Positions 1 to 11,293 of a stretch of 64,000 nt of DNA are shown piece after piece. The stretch comes from Gekko japonicus. Taxonomy: Eukaryota. The stretch is from the NCBI RefSeq assembly GCF_001447785.1, contig NW_015167588.1, forward strand, positions 131,884 through 195,883, read 5' to 3'. The translations under genes were made by a program, and so were the position numbers. A model generated the notes under the pieces. It was not told the origin of the DNA. It worked only from the letters and a program-made list of their open reading frames with translations, and did no database searches. Within the stretch, counting starts at the first letter, position 1, and the number at the start of each line of letters is the position of its first letter.

Positions 1-614
1 TCCAGCTTCTTAAACAGTTCTCCTATGTAGGTTGTTTCTACTGAATCAAAGGCTTTTTCAAAGTCTAACGCTAAGATTGTCGAATCCCCCTTCCTATTTT
101 TCTCATGAATTACTATGTCTATCGTTCTTCGTATATTATCTGTTATTTGTCTAGTTGGGATGAAACCAGTTTGGTCCAAATTAATATATCTCGTAATAAA
201 TTTCTTTATTCTGTTGGCAATGACTGTTGTAAATATTTTGTTAACGTGGTTGAGCAATGATATCGGCCTAAAGGAAGCTGGCATAGTGGGGTCTTTTCCT
301 TCTTTGGGTATTACTGTGATTGTGGATTCCGACCACAAAGCTGGCACACGACCCATCACCATTATTTCATTGCATGTGTCTACCAGGTGTTTCACTAAAA
401 TTGTACGGAACGTTTTATAAAATTCTGCGGGAAGGCCATCTAATCCTGCAGTCTTGTTATCTTTCATGTTCTTGATTACTTCCAAGACTTCTTGCGATGA
501 CATCTCATCCTCCATCAGATCCCTATGCTCCCTGCTAACCTTAGGTAATGTGGTCAAGGAGTTAAGGAAATCTTTAATAGCCTCCTTATTTGGGTGTCTT
601 GACTCATAGAGTTG
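1..614 (-). mobile_element. L1-clade LINE ORF2 fragment (pre-RT region and RT N-terminal motifs), 5'-truncated, runs off the window edge; in SMCHD1 intron 1
   Basis: Minus-strand translation reads QLYESRHPN...NKTAGLDGLPAEFYKTF...FRPISLLN...LDQTGFIP...ILALDFEKAFDSV, which are L1 RT motifs; no stop seen in the parts I translated. Confidence 0.9.
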
Positions 615-1869
615 TCCCATTGCAGCTGAGCTTCGCTCTCAGTAACTTCGCATGACCGCGTGGTGAAATGGCCACGCACGTGGTCTGAGATGGATACATT
701 ACAAACAGAAAAAGAAACTGTAACATGAAAAGGTGGTCTATCACCACATGCCTTCTATGTTCCATAACATTCCAGCCATATCTACCAAAATTTGGAAACA
801 GATTATGAAGCTTCTCTTCTCAATAACAATTCAGTCACTGTAACTAGGGAAAAATACAGAGGAACAATACCTTTCTCCAATAAAGAAGATAAGTATAAGC
901 ACTATACTACTAAGCTGTACCTCCATCTGATGCTTGGGATCATTAATACCACAAAGCCAGGTTCCTTTTATCCCCTCAAACTTGACTAGGGCAACAACTG
1001 CTTGAAGAGTCTTTATTGTTGATACCTACATGAAACTATTCTCAACAAACATAGCTCTTTGTTTAACAGCACCAACTATGTCCACGTGGGGTAATTGCCA
1101 TTCCTCTCATCCTTATCTGGTAGCAATACAGAAATATTGTTTCTGCTTTATTGGACTGTCAGAGGCATAAATTCATGCTTCACTGGGGAGTGCACAATGT
1201 ACTGGGAAGCATGTTCATGCACACACCCTCAGGTTCACTAAATAAGGAGATGAACCAAGCTGTGCATGTGGATAGAGTCGGGGGGGAGAGAAAAGAAGTT
1301 GTTTTACGGCACGGCCACAAAACTTATAAGTCTGAAGTTTTAGTCTTAAAATGGAGTACAGGATGTGCTGCAGACTGAATTGGATTTATTTGTACAGTGC
1401 TAGGTACAAAACAGATTTTTCAAACTGCACTAAATGGCTGGGACAAGAAATAAAAATAATGGCACTCATTTAAATATGAAAGGGAGCTGTTAGTCAAATG
1501 TCTTTCCAGTATGCCTTTAAAAATGTCATTTAACATCATTTACTGTACCATTAGGTTTGTCTTCAAATCACCAGATAAAGTACAAGAGGACACTAAGGAG
1601 GAAAGATAGCAGAACAAGTCGCACCTCTAGTCGCAGCCCTGAAAGCTCTGTATTTGCCATACACAATGAACAGACATGGTTAGATGTTATCTTCCTTGTC
1701 ATTTATCTGATTCTCAATGTTTTCAGTGCAATTAATTTCACTCCAAGTATGCTTGGTGCGGGCCATAGCTATTCTCTGCATCGTCCCAATATTTTGGACC
1801 CAAGAAAATTTACTCCATTTCCCCTTCTGTTTTTTTCCCCTAAGAGACAGAAATCCACTAATGACAATC

Positions 1870-2110
1870 TGTACTTCACCGTCTCCCCAGTGGGAACTCA
1901 AAGAGGCTTACATCGTTCTCCTCTCCTCCATTTTATCCTCACAATAACCCTTTGGAGATAGGTTAGGCTGAGACAGTGTGGCTGACCCAAGGTCACCCAG
2001 TGAGCTTTGACAGCACAAGTGGGAATTTGAACCTGGGCCTCCCAAGTGGGAATTCGAACCTGGGCCTCACAGTTACTAGTCTGATTCTTAACCACTACAC
2101 CACACTGGTG
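1870..2110 (-). mobile_element. tRNA-derived SINE (Squam3-like) with duplicated B-box segment
   Basis: Minus strand has GTGTAGTGGTTAAG A-box and GGTTCGAATTCC B-box; 27-bp tandem duplication at 2016-2068; body resembles other copies in the window. Confidence 0.7.
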
Positions 2111-3505
2111 CTCCTGGATCCTTCTAACCCTAAGTTCATTCTGTCTTTTCACAAACAGTTGGCAACACGGCAGGGAGAGGCATGCTGTTTTGTCTCTTTG
2201 TTCAGAAAGAGACAAAAAGTGTTCTCACACCTAAAAGCATTTGGATCATAACAATTTTCTGCTGAAATTCCTCACCATCTTGGAATAGCCTGTTTTATTT
2301 ATTGATTCTGTACTGTGTTTAATTACTGGTTTTTAACATATTTATTGTCTCATTCTGTTGTAAACCACCCTGAGCCCTGCTCGCAGGGAAGGGCAGCCTA
2401 AAAGTCCAAATAATAAATAAATAAACCCTTATCTGTAAATTAAACTTTAATTGTCCACTCCATGTTTCTTAATGGTGAATCTTCCATTCTGAACATGCTT
2501 AGGTTTATTTTAATGTTAAGGAAAAACATAATATGTTATGAAGCTTTATTTGCAGCTTTCTAACCTCTTCAAAAGCCTAAAATACAAGCTACAATTACTA
2601 GAATGCAGCTTCATTCTGCTCTGCAAAAAGTCTCTAAGCACCTAATCATGACACACTTGTTATGTTTGTTCTATATTTTAATTAGAAGTATTGCATCATT
2701 ATTTGTATTGGTACTCATTTCTCAGCAGACTTCTGTAGAGAACAACAAGTTCAAAACAGAGATGTATTTTAGTACTTATACAGCTGTACCAAAAGTATAC
2801 CTCCAGCCAGAAAGTGGGGGAGGGGATAACAAGGAGATGACAGGTTCCTATCTGATACTGCCACCACAAATAGTAGGGAGTTAGCTCAGCAGGAGCTCTT
2901 CCCTCCTCAAGCTGCCCTTCCAGACTCATACTGAAAGGCATATAGCTAACCTCTACCTTAAAAGTCTATCTTCAGGCAAAACAAACAAACCCTGAAACCT
3001 TTGCTATCTTCCATTCAGTTCATTGTCCAGTTTACAAAATCTCCATAGATGCCGATTTCCCCCCAAAAGCAAGTAAACTGCAGTATTTTCTCATGTTATC
3101 TTCATCTTGATTGGTTTCACACATACTTGGTACCTGTAACAATGTCAAGCCCAATCTTCAAGACAGAGACGTGGATTTATGACATCTATGTTCTTAGTAT
3201 CTTTTGTATGTGAACTAGACATACAGCACTCCTAGCTTCCAGTTTTGTTTACAGCTTATCACGTACTGCACCTTACAGGAAAGACAGCCTTACCCAGCCC
3301 AAATTATCAGCATTCTGCTTCTTCTTCAACAAAGATTACACAGGATACAAGGCAACAGCCCTTGCCTTTCAGGAAGACTGGGTCAGATATGCAAAAAGCT
3401 TTGCATTTGTAAAAACAACTTAAGAAACTTTTGACACTAATAAAAGTTCCATACTATGGCAGGAAATTGCTTACCAACAGGATAAAAGTTACAAATAGTA
3501 GAACC

Positions 3506-3920
3506 CAGGGGTCATTTCCTGCAGGAGCGCACAGGAGCGGAGCTCCGGCAGTAAAGAGCCCAGGGGATGGGCACATGCAACAAGCCCCACCCCCTGCTCC
3601 CAGCAGCTCTCAGTCAGAGAAAGAAGCAGCCAGGTAAGTTGCAGAGCTCCCTCCCCCGGCCCACCGGTCCAAAACAGTCCAGTGGCACCTTTAAGACCAA
3701 GTTTTATTCAGGTACAAGCTCTCCCTCCTCTGCGAGGACAGATCTGCATGCCCCCCCCTCCAATAGCTAGCAATCCAAAACAGTTCAGTGGAGCCTGAGC
3801 AGTGGGTGTTGCCTTCTGACACACTTCTGGTGCTGTCAGGGGGTGTGACATATGCAAATAAGTTATGCTAATGAGTTATCCTAATGAGCTCCTGCACCTC
3901 TTTTTCTACGAAATGACCCC
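3506..3920. mobile_element. non-autonomous hAT-like element
   Basis: Terminal inverted repeat CAGGGGTCATTTC ... GAAATGACCCC. Confidence 0.6.
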
Positions 3921-4504
3921 GAACCTATCACTGACATTTGCACAGTTATCAGATAAAGAAAGTGAAACATCTCAGCACCATTTGACAAATTAATTAACCT
4001 TATCATAAAACTATAACCTCTTCTTTTCCCTCTCTAAAGCACTGCAAATTGGCAAGATGGTTTTGAGTGGAGCTATAGCAAAAAACCATTGAGATTACCA
4101 ATGCAGACATCTGTGCCCAGTCCAAAGTGGTATGAAAATTCTCTCCTTATCAGTTTGGCTACTGATTCTATAGGCATATTTTTTCAAATCTCTTTGATTT
4201 GGCCTAGTGTTTCTTAGTTATTCCTAGATAGTTCCTGATTAAATGATATATTCTTATTCTTTCAGATATGCTTACTGATGAGTCTTACGATAGACAGAAT
4301 CCCATGAAAGCTCACACCCTGCCACAAATTTTGTTAGTCTTTAAGGTGCTACTGGACTCTTGCTCTTTTTTAGAAATACTAAAAAAAAGCCTCTTCCACT
4401 CTGTTCCTTGAAATCCCCAGTACTTTCAGACATCTCTACACCAGTTTACACAAAGAAACTGTTCAAAAAGTATTTAATTACAGAATGTCCTAACTAGAAT
4501 ATTT

Positions 4505-4815
4505 AGAAACATAGAGCTGGAAGGGATCCAGGAAATTCACAGATATCCCCCCTCGACCTGTGACCCCTGCTCTATACCCAGAGGAAAGGGAAAGAAAAAG
4601 AAAAACAGCTTCCAGGATCCTTGGGCCAATCTCGCCTGGAGAAAAATTCCTTCCTGATTCTAACATTACCCTGGCTGCATAAGAAAGGCCCCCAAGAGCC
4701 CAGCACTGGCTTATCCATTCCTGCCCTCCCTCTCGGGATCTGCCTAAAGTCATAGTAAGCCATAGAATCAGCATTGCTGTCAGATGGCCCTCTAGCCTTT
4801 GCTTTAAAAACCTCT
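4505..4815 (-). mobile_element. CR1-type LINE 3' end fragment
   Basis: ATAGAGCTGGAAGGGA... is the reverse complement of the CR1 3' terminal motif also seen at 30040-30118. Confidence 0.55.
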
Positions 4816-5229
4816 TCAGTTAGAGTTCAGGTTTGAGATGTCAATGAAGTTTTCTGTCTCCCCTCGAGATTAACAACTAAACCCACCTGAATGATATTAG
4901 TAGAACTTCACAGGCACTTCCCATTTGTTCTTTGATTACTAATCTACATAATATCAATGCAATACTTTATTTTGAATGCAGAACGATGTGTGTAACCTCC
5001 CCCCCCCCTTATAAATCGTGTGTGTGTGGGGGGGAGAACTCAGGCTCCAGCAAGATGAGTCTCATTTATATTTATCAGGGCTAGTGATCTTTTTATTGAA
5101 ACAAGGATAGACCTATCAAAGTATTAAAAAACATGTATGGTATTGTGTACAGAACTATGAAGTCTACAAACCGTCTGAATCTGTATTTCACATGTTTTTC
5201 AGATTAAAAAGCATATGCAAACGATCACC

Positions 5230-6520
5230 CCAGAACGCGCGGGGGGGGGGGGGTGAGAAGAGACGTTTGTGATAAAGCAGTAAAAACTTCTAAGCTGCGC
5301 AGAAAGACACTTCACCCCTGAGGTTCGCAGGTAGTGGAAGTGTCTCCCTAGAGGACCACTCCTCACGTCGATAAGGCAGACGCGGTAGAGGCTGGGGAAA
5401 GTCACCGAGGAGCTCTTCCTACGAGTTTGCTCCTCGCGCGGAACTTTCAGACGCCGAAGTCACCCCGCCCTCAACTCTGGTGAGCTTCCCCACCAGTGGC
5501 CCTTCAGAGGAGAAGGGGGAAGAGGAAAGGGCTTCGCAGTCCTTCTCTCAGCGCCGTGACAGTCGCAGGCGCCCCGCACCTCTCTACACGGGAGAAGGCG
5601 AGTCCTCAACTTCTCTCTCGCTCTAGTCACCCGTCGCTTGGCGCCTCTCCCGAGGCCGGAGGAAAACGGACCCGCTCTCTTTCACGCTCGTGCTCCCTCC
5701 CCCGCCACCCCACCCCGATCCAGACGCTCAAGTTCACGTTCTAGAACCCCACGGCGTTCCGCGGAGTTTGGCAGGTGCGCCAAATAAGCGCCGGCTCGCG
5801 AGGCCAGGGAAAGCGGACATCGGGAGGCGCCTGTCCGTTAAGAGATGCCGCACTTCAGCCCCCTCCACCTGGGATGCCATTTACCTGGCACACGGCGCTG
5901 CGGAAACCCTCATAGCTTCCCTCATGGCAGTTAAGGGTTTTCTCGCTGTCGTCCGACACATCCTGCCTCCGATCGTACACGAAGACAGTCAGGATGTTGC
6001 TGGCGCCGTCCCTCCCCGCTGCCATGTTGAGGCGCCGCGCTGCAGAACGCGGCCAAGCTCAGGAGACAAGCTCCCCTCTCCCCCGGCCGGGCGCCCCTCT
6101 CCCCGCCTCGCCTAGTAGGCAGTTTGGTATTGCCCAGGAAGGGAGCGGGCTTGTCGGTCGCCAAGGAAGGGAGACAGGCAGGGGGCGGGGACTACATAAC
6201 ATCCAGATGTTGAGCAGAGGGGAGGGGCGGGCCTATGCCTCACGGGCAAAAAACAAAAGCGCGGAGGAATTCAAAGGAGGGGCGGAGCAGGCGGGAAGGA
6301 AAAATAAACCCGGAAGCGAAACCATTCGCGGGTCTTTCAACCCGGCCGTCGGGCTGTAGAAATGAGCTGAGGCCTGGAACGTCACGTCCGTTGCCAAAGC
6401 TGCGGTTTGGAACCGAGAGAAGCGCTCTCGTTATGTGACGCACTCCCGTTGTCCTTCTTACGCGCCTTAAGTAATAAAGAGGCGGTGCGAAGACGCCGAG
6501 GCTGTTGGTAATATTAAGAG
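5230..6520. promoter_or_regulatory. SMCHD1: CpG island / SMCHD1 promoter
   Basis: Dense CpG around SMCHD1 exon 1; GC boxes (GGGGCGG) near 6181, 6224 and 6278; ETS-like CCGGAAG near 6310. Confidence 0.85.
5885..6025 (-). CDS. SMCHD1: SMCHD1 coding exon 1 (47 codons); rest of gene lies left of the window
   Basis: MAAGRDGASNILTVFVYDRRQDVSDDSEKTLNCHEGSYEGFRSAVCQ then GTAA donor; resembles human SMCHD1 exon 1 (TVYLFDRR...YAGFRACVCQ); synteny with NDC80 and METTL4. Confidence 0.9.
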
Positions 6521-7280
6521 GCGCCCGCAAAAGTATGGTCAAGCGCTTCTTTGTCAAGTTAAAAGCTTGGTCGTAGTCCAGGTTTAACAAGGAGAACTAG
6601 GATTACCAGCTCTGGTTCGGGAAATTCCTGGAGGGTGGTCAGTGTTTAGGTAGAGCTGAGTTGTTTGGGCAGGGGGTATGCAGGAGCTCAATGGGGACGG
6701 TTATGGTATGACATACAGCCCGCCCTGTAAAGCTGCCCTTTACCCCAGGGGAGCAGATTGCTGTAGTCTGGAGATCAACTGTAATTCCAGATCTCACCTT
6801 GAAGTAGGTAACCTTAAAGAGAGCAGACTTTTTCTCTCTGCAGCAGCCGATTTACAGACATATCAGTAGCCCAGTGGAGGAGGAAAGATTATCAGACACT
6901 TGAGCTCTAACTAAACACCAGTCCAGCTGTTGTTGGGGGCTGCCGCCCTGTGTATTTTTCCTTTCTGCATTTTCTAAGGAGTTCAGTCCATGCTTCTGAT
7001 TTTAGCCGTCAGAGGCTGATGATGTGAGATAATGAATATCCCAAGGTCATTCCAGCAGTTAAGTAAAACACTGAAGCTGTTTTGAAGTCCCATTTTCTGA
7101 GGGAAACAAGTCAAAGACTTGTTTTTTTGAGAAGAGGTCATATTTACTGTGTGAGAATCCTGAAGCTGAGAGAAGGCCAATGTTCACCTCAGAAATACAT
7201 CCTTAGCTGCTAACGGCTCTCTACTACACAGTCAACTGTAGACTTATAACTATAGACTATAGATTAATATAGTTTATGCC

Positions 7281-7720
7281 AAAATGACCTCTCGCGTGTG
7301 AGGTGGAATTTGCCCGTAGGAGCTCAGGGCCGCCACCCAGGGAGCCGGGGGAACGTTTTGTGCCCTCCTCGCATGGCCATTGCCACAGGCGGCAGCGGCC
7401 ATAACTTTTTAAAGAGCCCCTAATGAGAGCTGGGGGGAGCCGAAATGACCTCTCGCGTGTGATGTTCGAGCATCACACGCGAGAGGTGGAATTTGCCCGT
7501 ATGAGCTCAAGGCCGCCACCCCGGGGCCCAGGGAGCCGGGGGAACATTTCGCGGCCTTTGCCACTCGAACATCACACGCGAGAGGTCATTTTGCCTCCCC
7601 CACCTCTCCTTAGGGGCTCTTTAAAAGGTTTTCTCCAGGGAAACTGATCCTGGTCATCTGGAGATCAACTGTAATAGCAGGAAATCTCCATGTACCACTA
7701 GGAGGTTGGCAACCTTAGGT
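7281..7720. repeat. CpG-rich nested inverted/direct repeat, probably part of a non-autonomous DNA transposon
   Basis: Perfect 28-bp IR 7443-7470/7564-7591; 17-bp hairpin 7448-7464/7471-7487; degenerate direct copy from 7281; ends in GGTTGGCAACCTTA, a terminus type that recurs in the window. Confidence 0.65.
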
Positions 7721-8438
7721 CAGGTGCATCTCCGTGGGAACTTGTTCCATAATTTTGGGGCCACCATGGAAAAGGCTCTCTCTTGTGTACCCACCAAATG
7801 AACATATCTAACTGGTGGGACAATCCCACCAAGCAGGAACATATGGGAGATTGTCCTTCAGGTACCCCAGTTCCAAGCCATACAGGGCTTTAAAGGATAA
7901 AACCAATACTTTGAATTGGGCTCAGTAGTGGACTAGTCGCCAGTGTAATTGCTGTAGTATTGGGGACATATGTTGGCTCGAACCAGCAGTCTAACCACAT
8001 TATTCTGCACTACCTGCAGCTTCCATATTCTGTTCAAGGGGAGCCCCAAGTGGAGTGAATTACAATACTCCAGTCTGCTATGGAGACTGGAGAGGATCTA
8101 AATAATTTGCTTCAAGGTACTGTCAGATACTGACAAAGGGAGCTTATACCCTGAACAGTTTGTTGGTCTATAAAGTGCTACTGGACTAAAATCTAACTGT
8201 AAACTAGACAGTTTTCCAGATATTTCCTGGTAAGTGTTAATCTCTGCTGGAAGGAGCTTCTCTCCTGTACAGATGCCTCTTTAAAATAGAACCAAAATTA
8301 TTATCTGGCAGTACTGCCATCATATCCCCAAACTTTGATTTTTTAAACATATTTGTAGTTTTGATCATTCAGGCAAGCAAGACCATAGCTGGAATCCTTT
8401 TATGAGAAAGAGGCTAAATATTTTGACTTACAAGCAAC

Positions 8439-8455
8439 TTTATTGTATATTTATT
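8439..8455 (-). terminator. NDC80: NDC80 polyadenylation signals (two AATAAA)
   Basis: TTTATT at 8439-8444 and 8450-8455, ~90-100 nt downstream of the stop codon. Confidence 0.7.
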
Positions 8456-8541
8456 AAGCTAAAAATTAACAGTCATGGCAATAAAGCAAAGTCATGATGT
8501 GACTAAAACATTTGACGTCTATGTAGACATCAGTATTTCTC

Positions 8542-8679
8542 TCATTTGTTTGAGGACTGTAATTGTTCAGTCTTCTTTTTGTAGCTGTGTAGTATCTCTC
8601 TCAAGTTAGCCAATGGGTCTTCAGACATAAATTCATTAAATTGCCTATCAAACTTCGCATCCTGTTCCTTCAGGTACTT
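8542..8679 (-). CDS. NDC80: NDC80 last coding exon (exon 17)
   Basis: KYLKEQDAKFDRQFNEFMSEDPLANLREILHSYKKKTEQLQSSNK*. Confidence 0.9.
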   Translation of the reverse strand, partial: KYLKEQDAKFDRQFNEFMSEDPLANLREILHSYKKKTEQLQSSNK

Positions 8680-9578
8680 CTGGAATGAAATTATGTTAAC
8701 AGGTCAAAATATAGTTTTTGGATTTTGTTTCAGTTACCTATAAGAAAAAGTTAAGCCTGATCCACTGCCAAGACTCAAATGTTATTTGCAACTTTCATAA
8801 AAAGAAGCATGCTGATCTCCCCCGCCCCCTATACTGGGTTGGTTTAGTGTGAGCCTACAGAAAGGCAGAAGCAGATGAAATTGCCCTTCTGCCTCTTTAA
8901 TGGGATTGAGAAGTTCCACTGACAACAGGTGGCAAAGGGTGACTTCAACCACTTCCCCTTCCTCCCTGCAGCTGCTTGTGTTGCATAGTTTTGGGCCATG
9001 CAGGTCTCCAGAACTCCCACCATTGCCTTTTGGGAGCTTGCAAGGGAATGTGAGAAAGATCTACCTGTTTCACTGATGGTCCCTAGGATCTATCCCATTA
9101 AGAATGGTATTATAAGGAAGCAAAATACTGTTTGCCCATTCAGATGGCAGTGTTAGCTATCTGCATTGCTTCCAATCTGATATGAATATCCACATTCTGG
9201 GACAAGAACTGGATTGGGTTAATGGTTTGAAGGGTTTGTTTTGAAAGATGCTAGCGTAATTACTAGTTTGTCTTTTTGTCTTATTTCCAAACTGACCAAA
9301 AAAAACCCACCCTGAAACATCTCAATTACATGAGGCTGTTTATAAAACGTAATAAAAGCTGGAATGGCAACATTTGTATGGGAAAAGATACATTAGCTTT
9401 GATTACTCTGCTCCTCCCCACCACTCCGAAGTTGGGAAGTGCACATGGACACACAAGCATGCATGTATCAAACCATGAATGAACTTTCATTGATGAAAAA
9501 GCATTTAAAGAATCACAGACAGGTGTTGCTTGGTGTTCTTAAAATTTGGAATGATTGTTAAAATTAACATAGCATTAC

Positions 9579-9681
9579 CTCTACATCCTCAATGTGAGTA
9601 CATGTCAGTTCCAGAAGATACTGTAGTTTTTCACACATTTTCCTGCTCTCTTCTGATGTTGTCTGTTTAGCCACTGGGTAT
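9579..9681 (-). CDS. NDC80: NDC80 exon 16
   Basis: YPVAKQTTSEESRKMCEKLQYLLELTCTHIEDVE; AG/GT boundaries. Confidence 0.88.
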
Positions 9682-11041
9682 CTGGAGAGTAAATACATCA
9701 TAGCCACAATCCAACACAGGTGGGCTGAACCTGGTCTTAGGAATTCTTAGCAATATGATGAATTACAGCCCTTGTTTCTTGTACAGAAGTCAACATAGAT
9801 ACTTGAGCAATGTCTAAGGAGCTGTACTGAAAATTGTTCTTGCATTAAACATTTGTATGCTATCTAGGATGACAAAATGAGGCCTATCAAGAAAAAAATC
9901 ATAAAAAGTTTTGGACATCCAGTTGTTTCTCTGCTAAAACATTAGCTAGGAGATGCCACCTGCTGGGAAAATATAGTGTGGGACTGATACTGCTGTGTGA
10001 TGCTGCATAAATCTCAAGGTTTTGAAGAAAAAAAGAAGTCACTGACTCCTATCATAACACAGTTAAATAAAATTACACTAGAATAGATGGAGCAATCTCC
10101 CTCACCCTTCAAAGTTCACTTTTAGTGAAGTCTATGAATTAATTTAATTTCTGGGGGAAAACCTAAACACACTTAACTACATTTGCTTGCATTCATCCCT
10201 TCTTATCCCTGCACACACACCTCTTTAGATTGTAATATTAAGGCTTTCTTTTGCTTCTTTTTATAGTGCCATGTACAGTGAAGCCACTGTAAAATAGTTT
10301 AATGGAAAACAGCTACACAGATATTTATGGAATCTGCTTCCAAATGTAACCCTATAGACCCCATAGTCTAATGGAGTTTGTGAAGGAAATAATTTTTGTC
10401 TCTGAAGGGAACTATAGAAGATGGCTGAGAAAAGGAGAGAGATACCTGAGGAAAAGAGAAGAAAGCTGTTTGAGGTGTATTCTGTGCAGAAAATAGCGTA
10501 GCCTGCTAAGCAGCAGGCTCTGAAGATCTATAGCACTACCAAGAGCATTGAAAGCTGAAGTGCTAAATGATGCCAGCCAATCTGCAGGAAAGACTGTGAG
10601 GGACTGGGGAGAGTTGTATCAACTCTGAGTCTAACTTTGTGTAGCTTAAGCTTGATGCTTTATACATGTTTTCCTGCTTTGATTCTCCACCTCCTTGTAG
10701 AAAAAACCCTGAGTTTGTATTTTATGTTGTATTTGGGAAACATTAACATTTACAACATTTTGATTTTTCTTTTTTCTTTTTTTTTGCCCCACTGCAGCAC
10801 CCTCTGGTAGAAGCACTGTTATTTTTTTCCTCTTCACCCACCCTTCCATTAATCCACCCAGATGGTAATTTCTCCTCTCGGCTGGGGGTCTGCAGGAAGA
10901 AGTGGGGTACACAAATGTGCATAGCATTGCAACCAACATGAAAATATTCTAAAAACTGAAACAAATCATAGGAGAGAAAGCATAAAAAGTGACAGAATGA
11001 ATAAGCAAGTAAGAAATCATACAGCAAGTCATGTTGTTTAC

Positions 11042-11172
11042 CGGCATCGAAGTTCATGCAGTTCTTTCATAGCTTCACTGACACCTTCATTGACTCCACT
11101 CTCAAGCAAGCATTTATGTTTTTCCATCAGTTCCAGCTCTTTGGCACCTCCCTCTTCTTCTTCTTCAAGCTC
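11042..11172 (-). CDS. NDC80: NDC80 exon 15
   Basis: [42 protein letters not shown]. Confidence 0.92.
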
Positions 11173-11293
11173 CTGCAAGCAGTATATGAATTAGCTCTTC
11201 AAAATCTTTTAATGGGATTGTAGTTTGTTCAGTGTTTAGATAAAATAATGTAAACAGAGTTTCTATCTTGAGAAAAAAAGGGGGGAATAAAAA

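Noticed and set aside
700-5200. SMCHD1 exon 2 (expected FVITTTSRKEIT-like peptide)
   Set aside because: No matching exon recognised; intron 1 probably extends past the left edge
5496-6590. Several 60-140 aa ORFs around the SMCHD1 promoter
   Set aside because: Stop-poor GC-rich CpG island; only the minus-strand 5885-6025 exon matches a known protein
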